Notes under the pieces: model-generated | What the model was told of the DNA's origin: nothing | What the model saw: the letters and a program-made list of their open reading frames with translations, nothing else | The model's database searches: none | Origin: Psilocybe cubensis | Lineage: Eukaryota | NCBI GenBank assembly: GCA_017499595.2 | Contig: CM039004.1 | Span: 2,170,001-2,234,000, forward strand | Direction: 5' to 3' | Length of the DNA stretch: 64,000 nt | Shown here: in pieces, positions 12,869-25,296 of the stretch | Numbering within the stretch: position 1 is the stretch's first letter | Layout: each line of letters starts with the position of its first letter | Program-made: the position numbers and the translations under genes

Positions 12869-14254
12869 ATGACGATCACTACTCCTATTCAAACTTCCCT
12901 AACCAAATTATTGGGTGAGTAATACGCATGGTGCTTGATAATTACTCAAAGTCATATCTCTAGGCATTAAAACTCCAATTGTGGAGGCTGCAATGGCTGG
13001 TGCTAGTGGAGGTTGGCAGACGTCATTGTCACTCACCATCTGTTTCATACTGAACCAAATTTTCATAGGATTACTTGCTGCGCAAGTCAGCCTCGCTGGT
13101 GGCTTTGGTTTTCTTTCAGCAGGTATATCTCAAAATACTCACTCAATATGTCTACTCAAACATTCAATTGCTCGCTGGCAGGCTACGACTCTGTAGAAAA
13201 TCTGGAAAAGGAGATTAATATTGCTCGCAGTCTATTACAGCCAAACGGAGACATACTTCCAATCGGTGTAGGCTTCTTATGTTGGCAATTGGAGAAGCTT
13301 CCTGATAAAGCAGAGAAACTTTTGACCGTTGCGCTGGAGAACCGTGTTCAAGCAGTCTGGTTTGCTTTCGGCAACGATATCGGCCGTTGGGTGAATTTTG
13401 TGCGAGAGAACGACCCCCGAGCACACACCAAGGACGCTGTCAAAATATTCATTCAAGTCTCAACGGTCCCAGATCTACGTCTGGCGCTCGACACCTGGAA
13501 AGCTGACGTGATTGTTGCTCAGGGTACGCATCCTACCCTAACCACAAACCAAAATTATATTTTAATTTCTCTCCAAAAGGTAATGAAGCAGGGGGTCACG
13601 GACTGAGTACAAGCCTTACTACCTTGACCTTACTTCCATTATTCGCACAGGTTGTGGCGGAGTCCAATGGACCTCCTTTGCTTGCGGCAGGAGGCCTTGC
13701 TACTGGCTCGCAAATAGCCTCTCTACTTACTCTCGGTGCTTCTGGGGTGGTCTTGGGAACTCGCTTTCTCCTCTCTCCAGAAAGCTTGTACACCGATGTA
13801 CAACGTACGGCGCTTGTTGAAGCCGATTCTTTCAAGTCAGTACGTACCATGGCTTTCGATTACGCTAGAAATACTCTGGGTTGGCCTGAAGGTATCGATG
13901 GAAGGGGATTGCGTAACGGTACGAGGCTTTGTCTGTAAACTATTTTCTTTAGTCAGCTAATAGCCTGAATGAAATTTGGCTCCCTAGCTACTGTTGATGA
14001 CTATGAAAAAGGAGAAGATATGGAGATAATTAGGAAGAAATTCGCGGAGGGCGTGCGAATGAATGATACGAGTAGGTCAGTCGTTTGGGCGGGCTCAGCA
14101 GTGGGGTTAATGTCCAAAATAATACCTGCAAGAGTTAGTATCAAATGTTTACCTCTGATTGTTGCTAACTTTCGGGTTGTAGGAAATTTTACTTGAACTA
14201 CATGAAGAATGTCTGCAATGTCTAAAAAACACCTCTAATCTGATATCGAAGTGA
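12869..14254 (+). CDS. Nitronate monooxygenase / 2-nitropropane dioxygenase-family FMN TIM-barrel enzyme (spliced)
   Basis: Reconstructed motifs: TSLTKLLGIKTPIVEAAMAG, VSLAGGFGFL, DVIVAQGNEAGGHG, PLLAAGGLATG, LGASGVVLGTRF, VWAGSAVGLM. Introns are canonical. Confidence 0.9.
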
Positions 14255-14830
14255 CACACTTCGAATATAAATTTTAAGTAACTACTATATAGTAGATTGT
14301 TTTGTAATTGTTTCCTTGTTGCTAGAACCAACTATTGAATTATATCTTTGGACACACGGAATTTGTCTTGAATGAAGGCTGTGTTAAAAAGCACACAAAG
14401 TCCACAGCATATATAGCATACTTTCTAACAAGCTTCCTCGCTTCCTACCAATCCCAAAACCGGTATACATCATCCGCGATTCTGGTGTGACGCAATAGAT
14501 AGTACGCCTATTTTCAGCTATTTTCATGTTCGCCACTTGTAGATAAGAGGGCACTATCATGGAGACGGGACCTCCATGGTTTCCAGCCGCAATCTCCAGA
14601 TTTTGCTTGGATTTGGTAAAGTTCTTTTTGGACTGCTTGGTCCTTGCTATTTCCGCCCCATACTTGGTTGCATCAATCAGCACACCGTTGTCTTGGGCCA
14701 AATGCTCTCGAAACTGCGCTGAAGATAAGAATATCTGACGATCTCTAGCTATGAGCATTGGATTGGATTGATACGACTAAAACAAAGATATGCAAAAAAA
14801 CAAGAAATACAACTTCATTCTCCTTTTCCT

Positions 14831-17800
14831 TTAATGTACAATTTCTACAGTGAGGTCGCCCTGGTTGATCGAATCCCCTGTTCAAAATATTCAGAACGCA
14901 GATATGCAAGAGAAGAAGAAATAAGATGTGTACCTTCTTGGACAACAACTCGTTTGACATGTCCCGAAACGGGTGCTGTGACAGCAGATTCCATCTATCG
15001 AGCGGAGTCAATAATCTGTTAATTCCTTAAAATATTAGAAGGAAAATCCCACCTTCATGGCGCTGAGAACTACAGACCAAATATATATCAGCTAACGTAT
15101 TCGTTGAACGAAGCCTTGAAAATCAATGACATACCACAGACAGGATCTCCCTTCTTGATCTCCTGGCCTTCCTTTACCCTGACTTCGACAACAACACCCG
15201 ACATCGGAGCCCCGACAGATCCTGGGTCACTGGTGGCTTTCTCGCGGGATACTGTTTCAACGGCAGAGTTCTTATCTTCAACGGACACAGCGCGAATCTA
15301 TTGGTGGAGTCGGTACAATTAACTTGATAGCAAATAGATAGGTTATTGAGATTTACCTCTCCGTTGACTTCGAACCAAACATCACGCTGCGCACGACCTT
15401 CAACAACAGGACCGACGGCCATGAGGCGGATGATCAGCGTTTTGCCTTTCTCGATGGAAATGTGCATTTCCTCTCCAACGTCGGGACGACCCAAGAAGTA
15501 ACGAGTAGGAATCACGCTATCAGAGGAACAGACATCAATGATAGGGTCATGTAAAGTAGAGACAGTCAAAATTGTTTTACCTAAGGTCACCATATTTCTC
15601 AATGAAGCCTTGGTATTCCTCGAAGACCTGATAGATTTGTGAGATCCATCCTTGCTTCAGAAACGATTATAACATTAATCCCATTACCTTGGGGTACATA
15701 ACGTAGGACGTAACATCCGCATCAGTAATGTGCTTGCCAAACTTGCTTCGCAATTCAGCTTTAATTTTCTTGAAGTCCAGGGGCTCCATGGTGGCACCAG
15801 GGCGTCCGTCGATTCTGGGCTTGTTCCTAATGATGTGGGAACGAAGTGGCTCTGGGAAGCCTCCCACAGGCTGTCCTAGGTAGCCTTGGAAGAATTCTAC
15901 AACAGAAGATGGGAAGTCAAGCTGTTCTGCGCGGGCGAGAACATCTTCTTTGGAGAACGAATTGGATGTCATCCATTGGGCAAAGTCTCCGACGACCTTG
16001 GATGATGGTGTCACCTAAATTGTAAATTATCAGTTTTGTTTGACAATAGAAACATTCACAAGAATCGTGCCTTGATGATATTTCCACACTATAAAAAATG
16101 GATGAACCAGTAAGAGGATGCCTCAGTGCAACTACGTCTTTAACTTACAAGTTCATTGGCCTCAATGTACTTCTGTTTGATGACTGCGAAAAGAACAAGA
16201 TCAGAAACTTCATGAATTTGATGAGCGAGTCAACCATACCAGTCCACTGAGTACCAAGACCCAATTGAGAAGCTTGGAACTAAGAATTTCACGATAAGCC
16301 AAAGAAAGATTAACTTATGTTGCTTCACGGACCATAAGATTAGTGTATTGCCCTCCTGGCATCTCGTGATCGAAAACACTGGAGTCCGATGCACGAACAT
16401 TGGCTTCGAAGCAGCTGTACAGTAAGCGAACTTGGCTCCAGTAGAGGTTAAGAGCCTGGATATCTTCATAACGGATACCAGTTCCGAGATCAGTTTGCTC
16501 CAAGGCCATGCATACAGCACCCATGGAAGGCTGCGATGTCAATCCGGACATGCCTGAAGAGAAGTATAGTTGAGTTACATCACCGAGAGAATTACTAGTC
16601 CGGAGTCTTACTATCGATAGCGACGTCAACGACGTCAGCACCAGCAGCGGCGCAAGCGAGCATGCTGGCAGTAGCAATACCAGCAGTGTCATGGGAGTGA
16701 ACGTGGATGGGAAGATCAGGGTGAGCCTTCCTGATAGCACTGATCAAGCTGTAAACAAGTAATGTTAATATCACACAATAATCAAATCGTCAATAAATCT
16801 TACAGTCTGGCAGACTCGGGCTTTAGTAAACCAGCCATATCCTTAACACCGAGAACATGAATGCCCTCCTTTACGAGTTGGTCGACGAAGTCGAGGTAGT
16901 ATTGAAGAGTGTACTTCTTCTCGTTGGGGCTGGCAACATCGCCGCTGTAGCAAACGACTGCCTCAACAACACCTCCTGCCTTCTTGGCAGCGTCGATACC
17001 AAGTTTCATCTATCATCGTGTTAGCGATTTCTGTTTTCGAAATACCTGCCAGTTGACCTACATTTTCTAAGAGAAAATCAGAATGGTGCTGTCATCAATT
17101 GTGGAGAGGATCTCACCAAAGTAGTTCAAAGAATCGAAAACACGGAAGATATCAAGACCATTTTCAACAGCCTTCTTGGAAAAATCGTAGATGGCATTAT
17201 CGCTATTGGAGCGTCAGTTTCTGTGTAATATCGGATGCAGATTGAATGCGACTGACGGGTAGCTCGTGTAGCCGACTCCGTTAGCACCACGGACGAGGGC
17301 TTGCAATGGAATATTGGGAACCAGTTTACGGAGAGTGCGCTACAATAAAAAATGAGAAAGCGATGTCTAAGAACAGACAAACCGATCTACACACCAGACG
17401 CTCCCAAGGATCCTCATACAAGAAGCGCATAGCCACATCGAAAGTAGCTCCACCCCAGCACTCAAGACTGTAAGCGTTAGCCAAAGCGTAACTGGTTTCT
17501 TTGGCGATGTTAGCCATATCAGTGGTGCGCAAACGAGTAGCCAAAAGTGACTGGTGTGCATCACGCCATGTGGTGTCCATGATGAGAGTTCCTGGGTATT
17601 CACGAACAGCTTTTGCGAAGGCTTCGGGCCCGTGCTCAACGATGATATTCCTCCAGCCAACTTGGCAAGGGAAAGTTGTATCCAGAGGAGGTCCATTGGG
17701 ATCGTCGCGGTTTTGTAACTTGGGAATAACAATCTCTGTCTTAAGGCCGGGCTCTCCCTAGAGAAAAGTTTAATTCAATTATTGTAAAAAATTCGGACTG

Positions 17801-19824
17801 TACGAACGGTTTGTCCTTTGATAGAGCTTCCGTTGACTGCAAGGTCTCCAAGGTATGCAAGCAACTTTTGAGCACGGTTCTGGCTCTGAACAAGTTTGAA
17901 CAGATCAGGTGTGTCATCGATGAACTAAAAACCAGGTGAGAACAACATCGTGCATATATAATGTGAAACCCAGCTTACTGTCGTCCAAGTCTTTCCTCCG
18001 ATGAAAATGTCGTGAGTAAGGAGACGGAAGAGGAAAGGAATGTTAGTCTGCCAAAAAAGGCTGATTAGACGGCATCTAGACAGTATGGACATTCTTGTAC
18101 CTTAACACCACGGATACGGAACTCGACGAGGGCGCGGAGCATCTTTCGGCGAGCGACTTCATAAGTGGTTCCGCTGACAGTGCACTTCACCAACAAGCTG
18201 TCATAATGGGGCTGTAAAGATGTCAATAGACGCTCGGGCACAATATAGATTGGATCTTGGATCTTACAGTGATTTGTGCTCCGGCAAAACCAGAGCTTGC
18301 ATCCAAACGCACACCGTTTCCACCAGCACTGCGATAGACTTCAATTTTTCCGGTATCAGGTTGGAAGCCTTGAGCAGCGTCCTCAGTGGTGATACGGCAC
18401 TGGATGGCGAATCCACGCTTGGTAATAGCGTCTTGTGTCAAACCAAGTTGGGGAAGCGTGGCTCCAGCGGCAATTTGAATTTGAGCGGCGACAATGTCAA
18501 TCCCGGTAATCTCCTCTGTGAGAAAGAAACGTTAATGTTAAGCGCTCGACACCAATCACGTCATCGTTGACATACCGGTGATGGTATGTTCGACTTGAAT
18601 ACGGGGGTTGATTTCAATGAAGTAATGCCTGCCCATCTGGTCAACCAAAAATTCAGCAGTACCAGCATTCCTGTATCCAACGCTCTTGGCCAGTTTGATT
18701 GCATCGGACAAAATGGCCTGTCGGACCTCTTCGGGCAGGTGGGTGGCGGGAGCGACTTCAACGACTTTTTGATGTCTACGTTGAACTGAACAATCACGCT
18801 CGAACAGATGGATGGTGTTGCCAGCGGCATCGGCAAGAATTTGCACTTCGATGTGGCGGGGGCGCTCGAGGAAACGCTCGATAAAGACGGTTCCATCTCC
18901 AAAAGCAGCCTTTGCCTCACTCACGGCACGCTCAAAGGAAGTCTTGAACTCGGATTGCTCTCTAACAACTCGCATACCGCGTCCTCCTCCTCCCATGGCG
19001 GCCTTGATGATAACCGGGAACCCATATTCTTCAATGAAGGCCTCACCCTCCTTGTAGGACTCGACAGGGCCTGGGGTACCGGGTACAACGGGAACTCCGA
19101 CCTTGATAGCTGTAAGCTGGTGATAAGTTATTGTTTAACTCGGAGCGGTAGTGGATATTACCCAGGGTCCTGGCCTTTGTCTTGTCACCCAAGCCATCAA
19201 TGACTTCGGGAGAAGGACCGACGAAGGCGATTCCGGCTTGCTCGACCTTTCTTGCGAACTCTGCATTTTCAGACAAAAATCCGTATCTAAAAAGAATAAA
19301 AAGAATAAGAAAGTCGAAAAAGAAAACGTGAAATTTTTTTACCCAGGATGGATCATATCAACGCCATGCTCAAGAGCGATCCTGATGATGTCGTCCTGAG
19401 CAAGGTATGCAGCGACTGGTGTTAAGCCTTTTCCGACTTGATATGCTTCGTCGGACTGTGATAATGGGTTTTAATGGCAAACCGGCGCGTGATTACAAGA
19501 ATAGACCAACCTTCTGGCGATGAGCTGATAGGCGATCCTCATAGGAATAGATCGCAACGGTGTGCATCGCAAGTTCATGGGCAGTTCTGAAAACTCGAAT
19601 CGCTATTTCCTAAAAGTTGAATAAGAACACAAACGAGTAAAAATAAGTAAAGGGGCACGCACTCCACGATTAGCGACGAGAATCTTTGTCAAGGGGCCTC
19701 CATGGCCGGCGGCTTTCCTCCTCATTGTCTGGATGGAGTGCACCGGAGTGCCCGGTGCACTGGGAGATCCAGCAAAGATAGACGCCAACCTCGGGGGATG
19801 CAAGGTTGAAGTTGAAGATGCCAT
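14831..19824 (-). CDS. PYC1: Pyruvate carboxylase (multi-exon)
   Basis: Biotin carboxylase motifs [44 protein letters not shown]. Carboxyltransferase motifs [42 protein letters not shown]. Biotinyl motif AMKME. Ends GDLTVEIVH*. Confidence 0.97.
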
Positions 19825-20363
19825 TGGTGTAGTTGGTGTTCAAGATGGTGAAATTCAAATTGATTGACGAGGACCGAAAGTTGAGGAAAATGTCGGGATC
19901 TAAACCGATAGAAAAGCCGATGAGTTAAAACGTTGACCCCAACAGAAATATAGCTCCACCGCACTCACTTCCAGCGATCTGCTGGGTGCAAGCTACTCCG
20001 ATGTGGGGGGAGGAGAGCAAGATGAAGGAAAGGGGACCAGAGTCTAAAAGGCGTATAAGAGCTTGTAATCTATATCTCTGGCGCCGGATATTTGAGTGGC
20101 GGGTTGTAATCATAACAAACTCCGGCATTAAGGTGGGCGATTAGCGGAGCATCCGCACATCTCCACCGTTTATCATTTTCTCTTCTCTACCCCCCACCAA
20201 CAAATCCAATATTCTACCCTATTTCAACAGTCCCCCTCATATTCATGTGAAAATTCTAGTGCATGTAATAAATACGGAGCGGCAAAGACTTCGTACATAG
20301 GAGAAGGGTAGATACTGTTAATTTCGTACGACTGACGCCCTTCCGTTAGTCCTGCTGCTTGTC

Positions 20364-21928
20364 TTATGGTTTCCGATTCGTCAAGGGAATAATGCCTGAG
20401 GACTGCATCCGATTTTCTGCTTTCTTCTGATTATTTTTGGCCACGGCATACACTAGTCCTGCGAAAAAACCCACTCCCACCGCAGATACTGAGCCAGGTG
20501 TAACTGGGTCTCCGAAAAATAGCATCCCTGAGGCAGCCACAGGGAGTTTATTCAGCGCTCCAACCATACTGTAAAATGTATTGATCATCAGACTCGGCTC
20601 TGAACAAAAGACGTCGCTGATCATACCTGTACGTCGTACTGCTGGTTACCCTGACACACCAAGCAGTCGTGTATGAAATCCCTACAGCGGCAGCACCGGA
20701 GAATGCAATCGCCAAAAGAAGAATATTCCGGGTCTCCGGAGGGCTAATGAAAGGGTTAGCCGGCTTTCCTTGTGGATCAACAGGTAAATATTTTGGCTCA
20801 CAAATTTCGAGTCAAGTTCGCAGTTCCCCAGTCTTCAACAACAACTGAAAACACGGCCAGTATCGGGATACTCAACAGGTTATTGTAGAACATTGAATCC
20901 CAATCGGAGAAGCCCGTCGACTTGATTCTTTTTCGCATAGAAAGGACCTGAGGAGCGCTTATTAGCTGCATGTTCGGCAAAAAGGCTAGGCGAAACTCAC
21001 GTAGGCTGCGCTCGTTAAACAATTGACAAGCATCCAATAGTATCCAACATTAAGCCCGCGGACAGCGCCTGCAACATCTTGCAAGGAATTCAACCCCACA
21101 TCGGTGCTTACGATTGGTAGCGATGACTCCGAAATGGCCCCAGTGACATCAGACCACGCTGCAATAACAGACGACACAACCTATACTCGGGATTAGAAAC
21201 GAGTATTTTCACGTCTTGGTGACTTACCATGAAAATGAACGAAACGAAGGTCAATCCGGTCACACGTCCTCCAAACCAGATGACCTCTCCATAGGCCTGT
21301 AGACAGCGGTAAGAATCGTCGCATTTGCTTGTAAAGAGGTAACTTACGATTAGGATAATGGTCAGATTTTTGAATATGGTGTAGACGGGTATGCTCAGAT
21401 GTTGCTGTATACATTAATATAGGAATTAGCGCAGCCTTAGACGCCAATATTCTAGGACTCACCAAACTCTTTGAACCAGTGTATATCACGCTTACAAGCA
21501 AGAAACTGATTGGAAACCAAGCCTTCGCGTCCGCCCAATCAAAAGCTCGAAAGGATATGACTCCGATTTTCTTCACCACCACCACACAGGCCACACAGAC
21601 GAGTGATTGAATACACAACAACAAAAAATTCATGGAGAACTGAGCTCCAGACACTACAAACTTTAGCCGACTCATGTCAATCTCTACAGGCTCTAAAAGT
21701 CGAATTCAGAGTCTGTCGCACCTTATTGACTACAGTCATTAATATTGAAGCGACACAGTAACATACAATTGGGGGTACTTTTAAAAGTTAGTTTAATCGT
21801 TTAGCAAAGGTGATTCAAATTCACTTACTTGGCGATGCATGTGCCTCTACTCCTCCTGTCGCCATTGCTTTCTTGTATTCTGCAGCATCCTGCCGATTCG
21901 AGTCTTTGCCTCTCGGATGCGAAGACAT
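20364..21928 (-). CDS. VRG4: Golgi GDP-mannose transporter (Vrg4/Gmt family)
   Basis: [53 protein letters not shown], and the family signature [13 protein letters not shown]. Confidence 0.93.
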
Positions 21929-24042
21929 TTTCCGTAATATAGGACGTATAACGAGTTATTATTCTGATGGAACGACCACCGGCGTAGAATTAGAGACAGT
22001 CGTAAGTTATGAGTGTTTCCAGTTGTGATTAGTAAATGTTGGTCCTGGTCCTCAAAACCTCTTCCCCTAGAAAACCGAGAAAGAAAAGAGTGTTGGGGTA
22101 TGTGGAGGGATATTGGACTCCTTGTAACCACTGTCGATAGAGCTCTAGTAGATTATAGGATTGACACGTCGCGCTTGAAATCCTAGGTTTTTCGTGATGG
22201 GCAGATTCAACTGACAGTGACAACAAACGTAGTCGCCAATCATGCATCCCACTTGATGGGATCACGTGCACCGGAAGCTTAGCAGCCGCCACAGTCGCGG
22301 TATGTAGATGTACCTCGGAGTTAAACTTCGATGTAGTTGGGAGAAGTTTCATTTTTCAAGCTTTGGTTGGCCATCGAGTTCAGTGCCACAGTTATGTGTG
22401 TGTATACCAGGTAGTAGGAAATCCTAAATTTTCTTTTTGACAAATTTAGTTTTCAATGGACGAGTTATACCGGCAAAAAGCGTTTTCTAAGATACTCCAC
22501 AACTGATTTGGACGGAGCAGAGATATCAGCATGTCTACCCAAATAAATTGGTATGTGCTTTTAATGCAACCTAATATGTTGCGTTGATGACTAAATTAAA
22601 CCCTCCGGACTGGTCTGTGTGCTGGTCCGGGCAGAGTCGTTCATTTGACTCGACGCTTGGCGTGACAGTAAACTAGCTCAGCGTCAGACAGCAGGTTAAA
22701 ACGGAGGGTGGGCATAAAGGAAATAGTTGTCAGTCAGATTTTGATAATCGGGAGGGGATTTTGAGCGGTTATTGCTACGTATCATGGTCCACATAGCTGT
22801 TAGACTGATTTTATTTGCAAAATACAGTGAATGTTGACGAACACTACGCACTTTGCAATACGTCTCAAAAGCCGGGAGACAGTAGGGGTGAAATAGTTCC
22901 ATCATATCTCAAACAAATATCGATTGCAGGTTAATGAGAACGGAACTATGGAAGAGATGTGTCAGAGCACACGCCATGAGAGATGCAGGATTTCCGTCAT
23001 GTGTCTGCAACAGGAGAAAGATGACAACTTATGTGGCCTGGGAAGGCAAGCCAAAAGGACGCGTTTCAGTGGGTGCCGATTGCGAGCTTTACTAAACCAT
23101 GACCATGAAATGACGAGTTTGGAGAAAACTTGGCGTTGGAGACTTCTGTGAGGTGCTGTACGATCTTCGTGCGTTAGTCAAATCCCAGTTGGTACAGATC
23201 GGTGCTGATAGAGCGGTCAGTAATGCTGCATAAGAGGATGTTTCTTCCTTCGGCGGGCGGGCAGGATATAGATAAGACAGGTCGTGTGTAAAAGGGTCGC
23301 ATTCCACGTCTTTCCAAACATACCTCACCATTAAGCCAGGACGAGTGTAAAGACATATAATGAGCGTAGAACGTATACACGGGTATCAAAGCGAATTCTG
23401 GCTTCCGAGAACATTTTGGAGTATGATAAAGTTGAGTTTCCCCGCACCAATATACTTCTGGTTACCATTTGCAAGACGGTTCTGAAACCGAAAAGATGCC
23501 CAATTATAGGGGCAGTCGAGAAAGAGCCGGGATAACTCTCGCAGGAGTGCCGTTAAGCATTGAACTCAATCGTACACCCTTCCTTCCACAAGTAGATGGT
23601 TAGACTAAGGCGCTTTTAGACTCGTATCATGATGAAGTTCCTGTGGTGTAGTAATCCCATTGACGCATTCGCCGAGCCATATTGTGGTGTGTCGGGTAAT
23701 GAATTTGGACAATGAAAGGGATGGAAGCATTAGTAAGATCTCCTGAGAGTTCATACGGGAGTGAGGATGCTGTCGTTACGTTTACGTTGGAAACGTCGAA
23801 GCTTGAAGCTTGAAGTTTCAGTCAACTTGGTTGAGTTTGCATTTTTGGACACAAGTAGCTGAAGGTCAAAAATTCAAAGCCCGAAGCGCGTCGCTGACTA
23901 ATGCATAGCCGGATGCATGCTGGCGCGTTGTCACTGCGGACAACATGACTGGTTGTGTTGTGAATGTGATCGAACCCACGTCTCCCGTCCGACTCCCATC
24001 TTCATTCACCGTCATTAACAACAAGATTTCTTTTCAACCCTA

Positions 24043-25296
24043 ATGGTGGCCACTTGGCTCTCGACGCTCGCCTCAATAGGCATGGCAGTCGGTCCACCTC
24101 TGGTAAGCGCTTACAAATGTTGCATAACGGCCAAAACATAGAGCTACGTGGATTGAACTAATTACACAATTTGTATAGGTGTATGCCGACCAAGCCTTTT
24201 CCATCGTCAAGAAAAAGTGAGCGCATCATTCTTGAAAATAACATCCTATCCTCATTAATTCATTTTCAGAGATTCAACAGGTTTCTCGCGAGATGTTTGT
24301 GCCATACTGTCCTTATCCTCTGCTTTGTTCCCGCACACTCCTATCTCACCCCTTGTCTTCCCCCAGACTTATAGCCAATATAACACGATGCTTCTTTTGG
24401 CTCGGGTATGTACTTTAGTTCGAACTATCATTCATTTCGAGAAGTACAATGACTGTGACCCCCAGAAATCATTTCGAAATGGCATTGCTGGTCCAGTCTA
24501 TATTTATGATACTCGCACAGGTTTGGCGCTCCACCTTGGTTTACTTACATTTTAATTACTGAATAACACTTCCCAGCTGGCTCTTTTGTATATCTGTATA
24601 TTATATCGACCTCACATAAGCCCTGAAACTCTCGGCACGTCTACGCGACCACTGTCTTTTTGGCAATGGCCAACCTACACTCAATACATTGAATTTTTGG
24701 CTGGATTAATGTAAATGCAGCAAAACTATCTTTCTCAGAACCTACTATTGACGATTTCATTTTCGGCAGCCTTTGTCAAGCTATCCTATTTCTCATCTTT
24801 GGTCAATGGCCGACATTTGTTTCTATCTTGGGATTTGTCGCCCTGGGCCTGGAAAGTACACTTCCGATCCCACAGTTGATCAGGTCCGTGACATTTATAA
24901 CCTTCTAGAAGTCTATCCTCAGAATTATGTAGTAATTACCGCCAACGTTCACTTTATGGCTTTCGCATGTCAACTTTGCTTGGATGGGTTGGAGGAGACT
25001 CCTTCAAGTAAATATAATTTCGAATGGTTTTAGCTAACTGCATCTGATGCCTCCCTTCTAGAACAGTGTATTTCTTCCTACAACATACTCCCCTTCAATT
25101 CCAAGTCTGTGCTATCTTCCAGTTGTCAATCGATCTAGGTCTGCTTCTCTGTCTTCTTGCAAGCTTATCAAGCTTTACTGACTTTTATTCAGCCATCATC
25201 GGTCAACGCATAACATATGGCAACAAGCCTCCCATCTCTGCCATTCTGACCGAGGAAGATGAACTAGAGCAAGCTCTAGTACTAGGCCAAGAATGA
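24043..25296 (+). CDS. PQ-loop membrane protein (Any1/Cfs1, PQLC1-like)
   Basis: Spliced model: MAVGPPLVYADQAFSI, DSTGFSRDVCAILLIANITRCFFWLG, LGLESTLPIPQLISNY, GWVGGDSFKTVYF, PLQFQVCAIFQLSID. Ends EQALVLGQE*. Confidence 0.88.

Noticed and set aside
22100-23900. Short ORFs between VRG4 and the PQ-loop gene
   Set aside because: All under ~110 codons, with no recognisable motifs and no consistent splice model.
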